From: Chrysochromulina tobinii
Lineage: Eukaryota
Reading direction: 5' to 3'
NCBI GenBank assembly: GCA_001275005.1
Contig: JWZX01003135.1
Coordinates: forward strand, 1 to 48,815
DNA: 48,815 bases
In this document: one piece after another, positions 29,501 through 38,869 of the stretch
Layout: each line of letters starts with the position of its first letter
Position numbering within the stretch: the first letter of the stretch is position 1
Program-made: the position numbers and the translations under genes
The notes under the pieces: model-generated
Seen by the model: only the letters and a program-made list of their open reading frames with translations
Databases searched by the model: none
Told to the model about the DNA's origin: nothing

Positions 29501-30504
29501 AAGAGAAGCTCGCGGAGTCGCAGCAGAAGGTGAAGGAACAGCGCTTTCAGATGGCGAAGGCGATGCACGACACCGAGGAGACGAGATTGCAGCTCGAGGC
29601 GCAGATGAACGCTGCCGTGGAAGCCCGCAAGCGCGCGTCCGAACAGTTGAGGAAGCAGCAAGAGAAGTTGGAGGAATCGAAGCGCGAGCTCAACTCAGCG
29701 CTCGAAGCCAAGGCTGCGCTCGGCAAAGGTAAAGCGAGCACCCTGTGGAATCTACTTCGAAAGGATATACGCGACAAGGCCAAGATGAACCGACGCAACT
29801 CAGAGATGTTCCACGGCCTGAAGCGCCAGTTGACAATGATGGCCCTTCCAGCAGAAGCATTGGAAGAGGTGCAAGAGGTTGTGGAGGAACCGGTCGAGGA
29901 GGTGGTGGTGAGGGCGAAGACCCCCTCTCCGGGCACGCGCTCGCCCAAAGATGTAGATCAGTTCCGGTACATCTTGAACCTGAATGCGGCCACGCTGCTG
30001 CCCAAGATGAAGGAGTGGGTCGGGCCGCGAGAGTCGTGGGGCCTCAGGGTACAATCCGACGTGACGTCCACGTTGAAGGCCTGCGAGCGGCTCGTCCAGT
30101 TCTCTGACCCTCGGCTGAAGGAGGATCGCAAGATGGCGCTCGAGCTCGGTGGGATCGATGTTCTTGCTGATGCCATGCGCAAGGCCGCGGTGAGCGGGGC
30201 CGAGGAGCCGCTTGTGATCGCGTATGCCTTTGAGGCCGTGAGGGCGATCATCTCGGGCACTAAGCAAAAGGAACTCGACAAGGTGATGCAGGGGCCCGCA
30301 GCAGACGCCATCCCGGGCGTGATTCAGGGGGCGAACGCCGTCCTCGATCTCATGCTCCTCAGTGTCGTGCGCTTGATCACCAAGGACAATTACGACAGGA
30401 CGGCGTACGCGCTTCGCACAAACTGTCCGGTTGCGTGGCTCGACCCCGAGTCCAAGATCCCCATCGGAGAAGATGGAAAACTGGCGCCCATGAAGAAGAA
30501 ATGA
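26557..30504 (+). CDS. Large coiled-coil protein with a central R-S-E type mono-ADP-ribosyltransferase domain
   Basis: LRLYTGPMFVKYNSTLR, KVYR, GFMSTT and SQYPAEEEILLPPFTALEV (~28740-29250), flanked by coiled coils and a helical C-terminus. Start codon uncertain. Confidence 0.85.
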   Translation: MHATPEIGQFPLQQLLQQVMVRWAASPNQLPPFLSTEPFAWREIEPLDGEWREIEHEPLGGWGRGASAPVTPRKNSPRTPGGGVGRGSLSNPIRPRGAVSPLVSTATLRTSLSPMRRGRSPASPSPLEPSPPPGHRPPMLLPPSPRPWTTTASPTELSGAYADVGAGERQSRGLPKPDFDGGVIYVPPHTPLNKIPSRKNGLLARNSSSGNGLAALNTEGRGLARMPSPARGLARAVSPPRLPAGINVHAAPAVRGENVQQKVRERFERLELECELLQSDVSEVEGRLVELGEETRCLREGEVVPIALLEQLITHVEEDVIQKESDYARYRDQIEDVLREEGECHVAILWREIGVAEQTAADLRARLEALEARDAATSSGVAIAEEQATLMASVIDDVLGDLDADEVEEEEEVSGGSSSRPSSATSGADDPESIPAPPPGWNLEKWLSGYSFDKIVSDAILARIRAKLPAGQNTARFEQAFMLKLNRAGSRDLLVALLQETPVLYQIADMIVKGASGLQSEIDAAEEDKRAAAAEALVNAPVIDAVTAARLKNEDFQKAGAFTLTYATEPEFFFQGVGRVTGPPTSQLEMGTFEAMEAEHCDFADSPLPFDPGNYGYSTTAPVEWNFVVDPLMKTEQASNVLARVAAKLQALVNSTNSAAPTQVLHGWSNARQVFSTRGSRGFRDAWPGTEGRAVNRVARPLSFFAKKRAEIDAKLIKIGEQATSDEELFALRLYTGPMFVKYNSTLRGARAKGTAIEFMYTRWWDLCRGNTYSTTLHVISAAIVKLSKITQASKVYRAPGGALPPSFWHRNATSGVQGGLECGFMSTTLNKEEAMKYARRAPGAVLFEIDQGFVARGASVSWLSQYPAEEEILLPPFTALEVANIQIEGAVVVCQLRPSLSSAVAASGLRTGADDIVAMQKMRENLREKAALDKLDTQMKIAREQQRLNEERGRWRAESAYQAKVASLRMNALRRREAQLEEKLAESQQKVKEQRFQMAKAMHDTEETRLQLEAQMNAAVEARKRASEQLRKQQEKLEESKRELNSALEAKAALGKGKASTLWNLLRKDIRDKAKMNRRNSEMFHGLKRQLTMMALPAEALEEVQEVVEEPVEEVVVRAKTPSPGTRSPKDVDQFRYILNLNAATLLPKMKEWVGPRESWGLRVQSDVTSTLKACERLVQFSDPRLKEDRKMALELGGIDVLADAMRKAAVSGAEEPLVIAYAFEAVRAIISGTKQKELDKVMQGPAADAIPGVIQGANAVLDLMLLSVVRLITKDNYDRTAYALRTNCPVAWLDPESKIPIGEDGKLAPMKKK

Positions 30505-30848
30505 GGCGGCTGCCGCGCGTGGTGCGAGGAGGCGTGTGTGCGAGGGCTGGTGCGTGTGCGGCAGAGTGGAAAGTGGAATCATCACGTGGCGGCGTGTGGT
30601 GTGTGTGCTCAATAGCAAGTGTGTGGGTGGGCGAGCAGCAAGATAATTACATGATGTTCTGCGTATACTAACGTAATACACTTACGTAATACACTTACGT
30701 TAGGCGTTCGCTCCTAGAGTGTCCTGACTTTTCATCTTCTATCTCCTGTCCCACTCCTTAAAGTAGTAATACCTTCTGCTAATCATTCGCGTTTGATTTT
30801 CACGACATTTGTCATCATTGCGCAGTTTTCTCCGCTCGGTATCTTTAC

Positions 30849-33119
30849 TCAAAGCGTCCGGCATTTATCTGACATCGATCCTCGCAAGCTCCGCCATATC
30901 GCGCCGAAGCACAGCCCCACCTCTTTGAGCGCGCGGCCCACGAGCAGCAGGCCGAGGACCACCGCGGCAATCAGACACACAACATCCATGGCGAGCTCAT
31001 CAGCCAGCTCATCCGCCGCTCGCAGCTCACTTCCGTTCGGCTCCTGGGCAGGCGCCGTGACGGGCGCTGGCTCGATGCTTCCATAGGTCGGAGCCTCGCC
31101 GTACAGGGGAGCCGCGTCAATGACGTTGGCATCGCCGCCGTTGTGCGCCTCACCGACCCCTTCATGGCCGCCCGGCTCCCTCGCTTGAATCTCTTCTTGC
31201 GCTACCTCGGGCGCCACTGCCACCTCGGGCTTGTCAACATTCGCCTCTGATTCGTCAACATCAATGGGCTCTGACCGTTGCACCATCATCTGAGCAGACC
31301 TCGATACCACCGAACCTCGAGGCTTTCCTTCTTTGGCGACCCCGATCCCGAGCATTCCTTCTTTGGCGACCCCGATCCCGAGCAAGTCAGAGTCCGCATC
31401 CGCCGTGATCTCCTCAATCGGCTCTCGTTGCTCGGACAGTCGCAGCGACTCGTCCATGGCCGCGCGCATGCTCCGTGCCGAGCCAACCGCCATGCCCTGC
31501 GCTCTGAACGCGTCGTCTTGGGCATCTTTCGGCGTCGTCGTGAGCTCCTGTGGCTGCATGGCCGGTACAGCCCTGGCTTCCCCACTGGCCGCTGCCCCTC
31601 CGTGCTGACGCTCTTGCCGCCGCGGCTGATCCTGATGCTGCGGCGCGGTGCGCTTGCGCTCGACGCACCGTCGCTCCGCACAGCTCATCGGACAGAGAGG
31701 GCGGACAACGAGCGCATTGGCGACGCACTCGCCCGCATACGCCCACCCGGCACAGCGCACGTCGGCGTCGTCGCAGCCCTCCGGCGTGCCGATCGCGTCC
31801 GAGTCGCGAACCGCGTCGAGAAGCTCCTCGAGAGACGGGCGCGGGCACAGCGCATCCTCTGGCGACGTCAGGCCCGCGGCAATGCACGGTGGAACGGGCT
31901 GACGCCGCCGCTGGCTGCTCACTCGACGACGGCTGCGTCTCTGGGACTCCTCATGCTTCGTCAAGTGTTTTGGGGGCTCCTCATGCTTCGTCCCCACCGC
32001 CGCGGCGCCTCCCGCGCCGTCCTCCTCCTCCTCAAGGGTTGGCAACGCGATGTGATGGTACTCGCACAGCGCGGCGTTGAGTCGCACGCCCACCTCGGCG
32101 CATAGAAGGGCCGCGCCCAGTTCGGCGCGTTCGAGCTGCGCCATCACGAGCTCGCTTGGGAGTGGTGGTGGTGGCAGGTACTCGCCGCATGTATGGGGGT
32201 CAAAACCACCCTTGTGGCCGCCTGCAAACGAGAGCTTGTTGAAGCGCCATGGCGTAGGCAGTCGCGGCGAGACGATTCGACACCACATACCATAGTGCAG
32301 GAGCTTGGGCGGTGGAAGCGCGAGAGGCGGCGCCTGCCCCGCGTATGCCATCACCTCGGGTCGCTCCAAGTGGATCAGTCCGGCCTCAGCGGCAGCGAAC
32401 GCATAGCCGAGCATGTCGGCGACAAACGGCGGCTGCCCACGCTTCGCGTACGCATCACCGGTCGGTAAGTCGACTGACACCGATCGTGGGTCGCCTGGCA
32501 GATGCCAGTACTTGCCCGGGTTGAGCCGAACGGCCTTGGTGAGCTGCAACCAGAGCGGCGCTAGCCGGCTCAGGTCGTCGCGGTGCAGGCACGCCCACCC
32601 TCCTATGGGCTGCACCAAGTGCGCATTCTTGATGAACGTGCGTGCGAGAGCACTAGTCGCGCCGGCGAGGTACTCGTAACGCGCCGACACTGCGACACCC
32701 GGGCGCACACCCAGGGCTTGGCAGTCGATGGGGCCGCGCAGGAGCATGTCCGCCTCGAGAAGCAGCACAAACTCCGAGGAGGAGGAGGAGGCAGATGAAG
32801 ACGAGGCGTCCGACGCGATCCTTGCCCGGTGCTGCTCCTGGAGCCAATGCACGATGCCCGCCGGCTTATTGTACGGGGCATAGTCGTCGTTCACACCACT
32901 CACGCGCGAGTCGGCATAGTCGGGGTGCTCAAATGTACGCATGAAGGGCAGTGAGCCACTGCGCGAGCGAGCCTCCTCGTCGGCGCAAGTTGACATCAAT
33001 CTCGTCAAGTGCATCTGTGCAGAGCGAGCAGAGTATGCCAGCCCGATGCTCTGCCAGTCAAAGTAGGGTGTGCAGCCGGTTGAGAATAAGGCGTGCGTGC
33101 CTCCTGATGCGGTCGGCAT
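30849..33119 (-). CDS. Peptidyl-serine galactosyltransferase / HPAT-like glycosyltransferase (GT96/GT95-like) with ShKT domain and C-terminal TM helix
   Basis: HALFSTGCTPYFDWQSIGL, DDYAPYNKPAGIVHWL, LLEADMLLR and ADMLGYAFAAA. ShKT-like CDDADVRCAGWAYAGEC...CPMSC. TM segment VVCLIAAVVLGLLLVG. Confidence 0.8.
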   Translation of the reverse strand: MPTASGGTHALFSTGCTPYFDWQSIGLAYSARSAQMHLTRLMSTCADEEARSRSGSLPFMRTFEHPDYADSRVSGVNDDYAPYNKPAGIVHWLQEQHRARIASDASSSSASSSSSEFVLLLEADMLLRGPIDCQALGVRPGVAVSARYEYLAGATSALARTFIKNAHLVQPIGGWACLHRDDLSRLAPLWLQLTKAVRLNPGKYWHLPGDPRSVSVDLPTGDAYAKRGQPPFVADMLGYAFAAAEAGLIHLERPEVMAYAGQAPPLALPPPKLLHYGMWCRIVSPRLPTPWRFNKLSFAGGHKGGFDPHTCGEYLPPPPLPSELVMAQLERAELGAALLCAEVGVRLNAALCEYHHIALPTLEEEEDGAGGAAAVGTKHEEPPKHLTKHEESQRRSRRRVSSQRRRQPVPPCIAAGLTSPEDALCPRPSLEELLDAVRDSDAIGTPEGCDDADVRCAGWAYAGECVANALVVRPLCPMSCAERRCVERKRTAPQHQDQPRRQERQHGGAAASGEARAVPAMQPQELTTTPKDAQDDAFRAQGMAVGSARSMRAAMDESLRLSEQREPIEEITADADSDLLGIGVAKEGMLGIGVAKEGKPRGSVVSRSAQMMVQRSEPIDVDESEANVDKPEVAVAPEVAQEEIQAREPGGHEGVGEAHNGGDANVIDAAPLYGEAPTYGSIEPAPVTAPAQEPNGSELRAADELADELAMDVVCLIAAVVLGLLLVGRALKEVGLCFGAIWRSLRGSMSDKCRTL

Positions 33120-33654
33120 TCACGCTCGTTTGCAGCCTGTGCTCCGTGCGCTGAGGGACCGGCTGCCCAAGAGTTTCCTTCAGGGGAGACTCGAGACTGC
33201 AAAATGCTGCATGCATAGAAAAAGTACTTGTGCACAAGTCGCAACTATACAATCTCACAACCGCTTCATTGATTGTGCTGATACTCGAACGCCGCGCGAC
33301 GATTCCTATACTGATTTCCACTCCGCCAGTCCGCCGACTCGCGACTGCGTCTGTCGCACTGTGTGAAGATGCTCAGGTTCGCGGTTCGCAGCCGGGTGTG
33401 CGCTCGTATCTGTGTGTGCGCGAGAACTGACTCCGTCAGACCGTGCGCTTCTCCGCCCCATAGTACCATATTACTGGCCGACGTGAAACCGACGGTAGGC
33501 CTCTGTCGCCAGCTCGATGACAGATGCTGCCAAAGGCAGATGTGCTTCACGCTGGGAGCGAGCTACGGCAACGGCGAATGGCCCATTATAAGTCAGAATC
33601 TCATAAAGGTATGTGGCCATAGACGGCATTAGGCCGCGCTTCGTGCGCATGCAA

Positions 33655-34560
33655 TCAAAGACTTGCCCGACGCCGCCGGCCACGTGATTTTGCCGATCCG
33701 CTCGAGAGCTCGACTTTGCTGATCCCTTTCCCGCCTTCTTGTTGGACCCGATGAGACGAAGATTTGGTGGTTTGGTTCTTGAGTCGGCCATTTGACGAAT
33801 GTTTCTGGCTCTTGTTGTGATGCACGAAGGCGGTTGAGGCCGGGCTAGCGCGCAGCTGAGTGAGGCTGTCCTCGTCGCCGCCAGCACCGAGGCCAGTCCG
33901 GCCAGAGAACCCCTGCCGACTTACCTGCCGACACTGCTCGCGCAATTGCCCGAGCTCTAACTCAAGGGCTTCCCGTTGGCTGATTAATCGCTTGTGCAGC
34001 TGCATCACCTCCTTCTGCGCCGCGCATAAGCGCAACCACGGTACTAGGGTGCCATAGAGGAGGCCGCCGCAGACTGTGAACAATAGAATTCCGAGGAGCA
34101 CGAGGGCGAGCAACCGCCTCGGCGCGGCCGCAGCAGTACGCTCCTTGAGCACCACGGAGGCCACTTCCTGGGGCAGCACTTGAATTCTGAGTGTGGTCGC
34201 CGAGCGGATGAAGGTCGAGGCCGCATCGGCGGTCATGCTCGACTCGCCGCCAATCCCGTTGATGGAGTAGATGACGTCCCCTGGTTGGAGCAGGCCGGCG
34301 GCGGGCGATTCGGGAGAGATCTGTACCACCACAAGCTGCGGCGGGGGGACGTCTACAAAGTACGAGAGGAACCGGTCGAGGCACGAGCCGCTGTCGCTGG
34401 TCAGTCCGATGCCAAGCGGCGCACCAGCCTGCTTGGGAGGGATCTCGACGGTAACGGGTTCATGGTCGTCATCGTCCACAGCGGAAGCAGCAGTTCCTCC
34501 GTCCGTTTGTTCGTCAGACCCTTGAACTTTGTTGTACTCGTATTTCGTTCCAGCCACCAT
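33655..34560 (-). CDS. PDZ domain + single TM + coiled-coil protein
   Basis: PLGIGL...VVQISPESPAAGLLQPGDVIYSING, then hydrophobic LLALVLLGILLFTVCGGLLYG, then a heptad-rich tail. Confidence 0.8.
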   Translation of the reverse strand: MVAGTKYEYNKVQGSDEQTDGGTAASAVDDDDHEPVTVEIPPKQAGAPLGIGLTSDSGSCLDRFLSYFVDVPPPQLVVVQISPESPAAGLLQPGDVIYSINGIGGESSMTADAASTFIRSATTLRIQVLPQEVASVVLKERTAAAAPRRLLALVLLGILLFTVCGGLLYGTLVPWLRLCAAQKEVMQLHKRLISQREALELELGQLREQCRQVSRQGFSGRTGLGAGGDEDSLTQLRASPASTAFVHHNKSQKHSSNGRLKNQTTKSSSHRVQQEGGKGISKVELSSGSAKSRGRRRRASL

Positions 34561-34958
34561 TCAGATCCACACGAGCTGCCTCGCCTTCGACGACTCGCGC
34601 GCGCGCGCCTCAAGCAAAACGTGGATGCGAATCGTCGCCCGGAACTGCAGCCCGGAACGCAGTTCAGGATGACGAAACTGATGCGTTGTGATGACACGGG
34701 AGCATGCATGTTCGATGTGTCAACTGGATCTGGATCATCATCATCTGGAGTCCAGACGATCCAATTCCAGAAGATTTGGATCGAAAACTGTTTCAAAGTG
34801 CTGAGTGGCCGCGAAATTTTAATGATTTGAAATCATCTCGGGTCGTGATCTGGGAGGTGCGGTGGTCGGCGTGCCGTCGACTTCAATGCAGCGCAGCATG
34901 GCAGCATCAAACATTCAAACTTCCCGGCCTGTCTCTCTCAATGTAAGTAGGTAAAATT

Positions 34959-37192
34959 TCACACATGTATACGTGGACCCACTTGTGCTCTGCTGTCGTG
35001 CATGCCGCAAAGCTCCAGATATTCGTTCGCCAGGCTCTCGATCCTCTGTAGCTTGGACTCGAGGGCGTCGAAACGGGCGGCACTGAGAGCGGCAATGTCG
35101 GTGGCTCCTCGTGTGAAGGCTGCCTCCTTCATCTCCTCGACGCGCAGCTCCATCCCCCGAGTCGCGCTCGCGGCCTCAACCTCCTTGATTCGCTTCTCTT
35201 CGGCATGCAGCTGCTTTCGGCGACGGGCTGATTTGGTCTTCGGCTCTGGGGAGCCGGGCGACACCTGATGAAGGAGGCCATCAGTGATCATCAGAGGCAA
35301 TCAGAGGCAATCACGTGCACTGGGGAGCCGGGCCACACCAGATGAAGGAGGCCATCAGTGATCATCAGAGGCAATCAGGCCGCACCGGCGTATTCGCCTC
35401 CAAAGCCTCCATTTGCCGCCGAGCCTGGGCGTCAATCATGTCGGCAAGCTCCTTGGCGTAGACGGGACGGAAGCGGCCGCGGAACTGATTCCCTTGGGCG
35501 AACGCTCTGGTCTCCGCCTCACGCAAGAACGCGCGCCGAATCATCCACTTGATCTTTGAGACTCGGAAGTGCGCCTTGAACTCCGGGTGCTTGTCGATCT
35601 CGTGGAGCAATGCGGTGGACTCGATCGTCAAGACGGAAAGGTAGGTCACACAGAGCGCGGGCAGCTGGAGCTGCAAATGACGCGGCAACACGACGTCGTC
35701 CCCCCACACGTCGGAGAGGCCCTTCATCTTGCCTCCCCAAAAGGCCTTACCGCTTTGAATGATGTATAAGAATTCCGGCGGGCACAGCTCGCGAGGGGGG
35801 AAGATGAGCGCGTTCAGGCACATCCCCAGGTCGATGATGAGCCTGCCAGGCACGGCGTTCATGTCGCTGAGGTACCAGACCATGTGCACCCAGCGGGCGT
35901 GGATCGCCCAAACCACCTCGAGCTTCATCGAGGGCGAGAGTCTCGAGAGCAGCCTCTTGCGGACCTCGCTGTCGTTCACGGAGCGTTTCTCGAAGAGGTA
36001 CTCGCGCAGCCGGAACTGCAACTCGGGTCGAATGTGATTCTTCGACATGAACGAGTTGAGGCTCGTGAGCTCCCCCTTGAAGATCTTCTCCTGCGGCGAA
36101 GCCTCCGCCGCCAAGTTGCAAAAGGTACCGATGAGGTAGCCCCATAACGCGCCCGATGTGAGCATGATGAAGCAGGCGACCAGCTGCTCAGTCACGTTAA
36201 ACGGCTCCGCAAGAATGTCACCGTAGCCGACCGAGGTGATCGTCATCGCCGAAAAGTACAGGCAGTTCGAGTACATCGTAAAGGGCGCGACGCATTCGTA
36301 GCCGCCTTCGCATAGGCCCCCGATGCACTCTCCCTTGTCGCACACACGCCCGCTCGCGATCACACCTTGAGTATCAGGTGTGCTACTGCAGGCGTCGACC
36401 GCCGCTTCAACGGCGCTCCGGTTGTTATCCTCCCATGCCACGCAGTAGCCGTTTTGCCTCGGCCACGAGTGAAGTGGGTCAAAGGACGCCTCCAATCCCC
36501 AGATGCACGCAAACCAGTGCACGCCGACGATCTGTGCCAGGACAATCTTGACGAGGGCGAGCAGGGCATAGTTAATGGACCAGCTCATTTCCCACTTTCT
36601 GAAGATGCGCGAGCCGCGCGCGAGACGGACGAGCTTTGCCAGGCGCAGCACGCGGATTATACGCAGGGCGATCAAGCCATCGAGCCCCTCGCCCCCAACG
36701 ATGTCGAAGAGGCTCGTGAGGATCGAGAAGAGGTCGATGTAGAACCATGAGCTGCGCACGTAGTGGAAAGCGATGGCCCCTGGATCGGTGATCCATGAGG
36801 CCCCTTTTATGAGATCGATGCGCAGGAACGCGGTTCGGAATTGCATCAACATATCCATGATGAAGATGATGTCAACGCAGCGATTGAGGAGGAATACAGT
36901 GTCGCTCCATCGCTCACTCGGGCTGAGTTGCGCAAGGAAAGCCACCTCAAAGGGTGTGACGGCTGCAGTGTATATCAGCGCAACCGAGGTGACGAGATCC
37001 CAGTACTGCGAACAAGTGGCCTTGCGCGGGTCCTGCGGCCAAAAAATCACGGTCGAAGGTGAGGCAGAGGCAGGCAGCCGAAGGCAGCATAGGGAGAGCG
37101 CTTACGATGACCCAAACATATCGCAGGGTCTGGCTCCATGACTTCGGCTTGGCCTTCGGTAAGAGCACAAGGCCGCTAGCCTGGATCGACAT
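34959..37192 (-). CDS. 6TM voltage-gated K+ channel (EAG/CNBD-type) with degenerate cyclic-nucleotide-binding domain; exons 37192-37106, 37032-35386, 35264-34959 (~679 aa)
   Basis: S4 segment LRIIRVLRLAKLVRLAR, pore TITSVGYGD, C-linker LQFRLREY. Introns 37033-37105 (ATC|gtaag...ccgcag|GAC) and 35265-35385 restore one frame. Confidence 0.9.
35265..35385 (-). other. Intron (121 nt) containing a duplicated acceptor + exon start
   Basis: 35320-35378 duplicates 35246-35304 with 2 mismatches, one changing AG to TG. Confidence 0.85.
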
Positions 37193-37261
37193 CGTCAGGG
37201 TGCTCTCCGCCCTAAACGCTAAGGATACGGCGTTGCGGATGGCCACCAAAAATCATGTCTA

Positions 37262-37300
37262 GACAAGTCAAGTCAAGTCAAGTCGAGTCGAGTCAAGTTG
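37262..37300 (-). repeat. (GACTT/GACTC)n pentamer microsatellite upstream of the K+ channel gene
   Basis: Plus strand reads caagtcaagtcaagtcaagtcgagtcgagtcaagt. Confidence 0.8.
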
Positions 37301-37471
37301 AGACAACGGGGTGTTTGACTCGTTGTTTGTTTTCCCCCTTTGTAATAATCAATTCTCAAAAGGGGGCGCGCCGATTCATACTTTTCGTGCACCTTTCTGC
37401 CTTCACACCGCGCTCCCAACGGCCTTGTTGACGTCGATCTTCGCGCTGCGAACGCTGGCGAAAGCGGCAAG

Positions 37472-38164
37472 ATGGTGAAGAGCAACTTCGTCCGCGCCTC
37501 TGCAAGGTCTCTGCATGTAGCCAGCGACATCGCCGATCTCGAAGCCTCAATAGCAGTTCAGCGGCAGCATGGGATCAGCAAAGCGATGCCCAAATCCGTA
37601 ATGCCATGCCACATCGGGCGAGCGGGCCAGACTCTGAGCCAGCGCAATGACGCCCGCCTTGTTGGTCGCCGTGCAAGCTTGAAGCTCGATGAAAGCGATG
37701 AAGAGCGAGTCGAGTGCTTTATCAAGGCATTTGCAGGCGGCCGGTGCCTCGTCGTTGAGCCGGGAACTGGCCGGCAGGTCTGGTTCCCATCACCTGCAGT
37801 GCGAAGGGCAATGCTTCCCGAGGTCGACAGCCTGTGCGACTTGCTCGCTGGCATCCCACTTAGCAGCGCCGCCGCTTTATCAGCACAGCGCATGGACTTC
37901 ACGGCGGCTAGCGGCGGCACTGGTTGCAGCCACTGGCCCTGCGGGGCAGGTCCTTCGTCGTCGACTGCAGCAGTACCGTTCTCAGTCACAGCCAGCGCTT
38001 CTGATCCGAGTACCGCTGATCTGCTTGCGCGGCCAACGACCATGGAGCTCGCCCTCGCTACCGGCAGCTATCCGCCACCGCCACGAGTGTCGCAGCCGGC
38101 ATTGCAACCGAGGATGACTGACAACGCAGAGGACACAGAAGATCAAGGTCATAATGATCGATGA
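37472..38164 (+). CDS. Hypothetical protein (230 aa)
   Basis: ATG-initiated ORF divergent from the channel gene. No recognisable motif. Confidence 0.3.
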   Translation: MVKSNFVRASARSLHVASDIADLEASIAVQRQHGISKAMPKSVMPCHIGRAGQTLSQRNDARLVGRRASLKLDESDEERVECFIKAFAGGRCLVVEPGTGRQVWFPSPAVRRAMLPEVDSLCDLLAGIPLSSAAALSAQRMDFTAASGGTGCSHWPCGAGPSSSTAAVPFSVTASASDPSTADLLARPTTMELALATGSYPPPPRVSQPALQPRMTDNAEDTEDQGHNDR

Positions 38165-38869
38165 TGCCATTCTTTTAGCAACAGGGCCACATGAACGCGG
38201 CCCGCGCGTGAGTTCTGAGTGATGGGTACTCCTGACCTACCGTACATTTGTGTCGCATGGCCATAGGCTTGAAGACATCGTGGTCGGTTGTAATCCCGGC
38301 GCGTTAAACGCGGGTAACTGTGGGCGCGGGCGGTTGCTCCATGCTCGCGACACGCGAGCCCGGAGCGCGACGCGACGGAACGTTTTCGGGTTTACGGCGA
38401 TTCATCATCTGGATCGTTTGACTCGATCGCAATCCGGCAAAGCCTGAGAACAAGGCAGAAGCCGGAACGGCGAACGCGTCACCCTACGACACAGAACATG
38501 CGAACGACAGCGGAACAGGAGCGGCCGCCGCGGGGGCCGATGCGCGGCCGCAGGGCTACGCGGGCGGGACTGCACCGATGCACCGTACGGTACATGAATC
38601 AATCATGAATCAGAATTGCGGTGCGGTGGGGGAACGATTTGAAGGGGATGTCAGCGTGAGAGTATGGCACATGCGACATGGGAACCGTGGGGTCAGTACA
38701 ATCATCACCTCATCCGAGCGATCAGGCATCACGATTAGGCATTAGCCCCGTCCCTCCCCCTCCGCTCATCTTATGACCGTTTGATTACTGAGATCAAGAC
38801 TTAATCAAGACTCGCGAGGACCCGCTCTTTCGGTTATGGTCCGTCTTTGCCCTTGGGGGCTTTCGGCTT

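Noticed and set aside
30670..30700. Short tandem repeat (acgtaatacactt) between convergent genes
   Set aside because: Only about two copies in an AT-rich 3' intergenic region, with no evidence of function.
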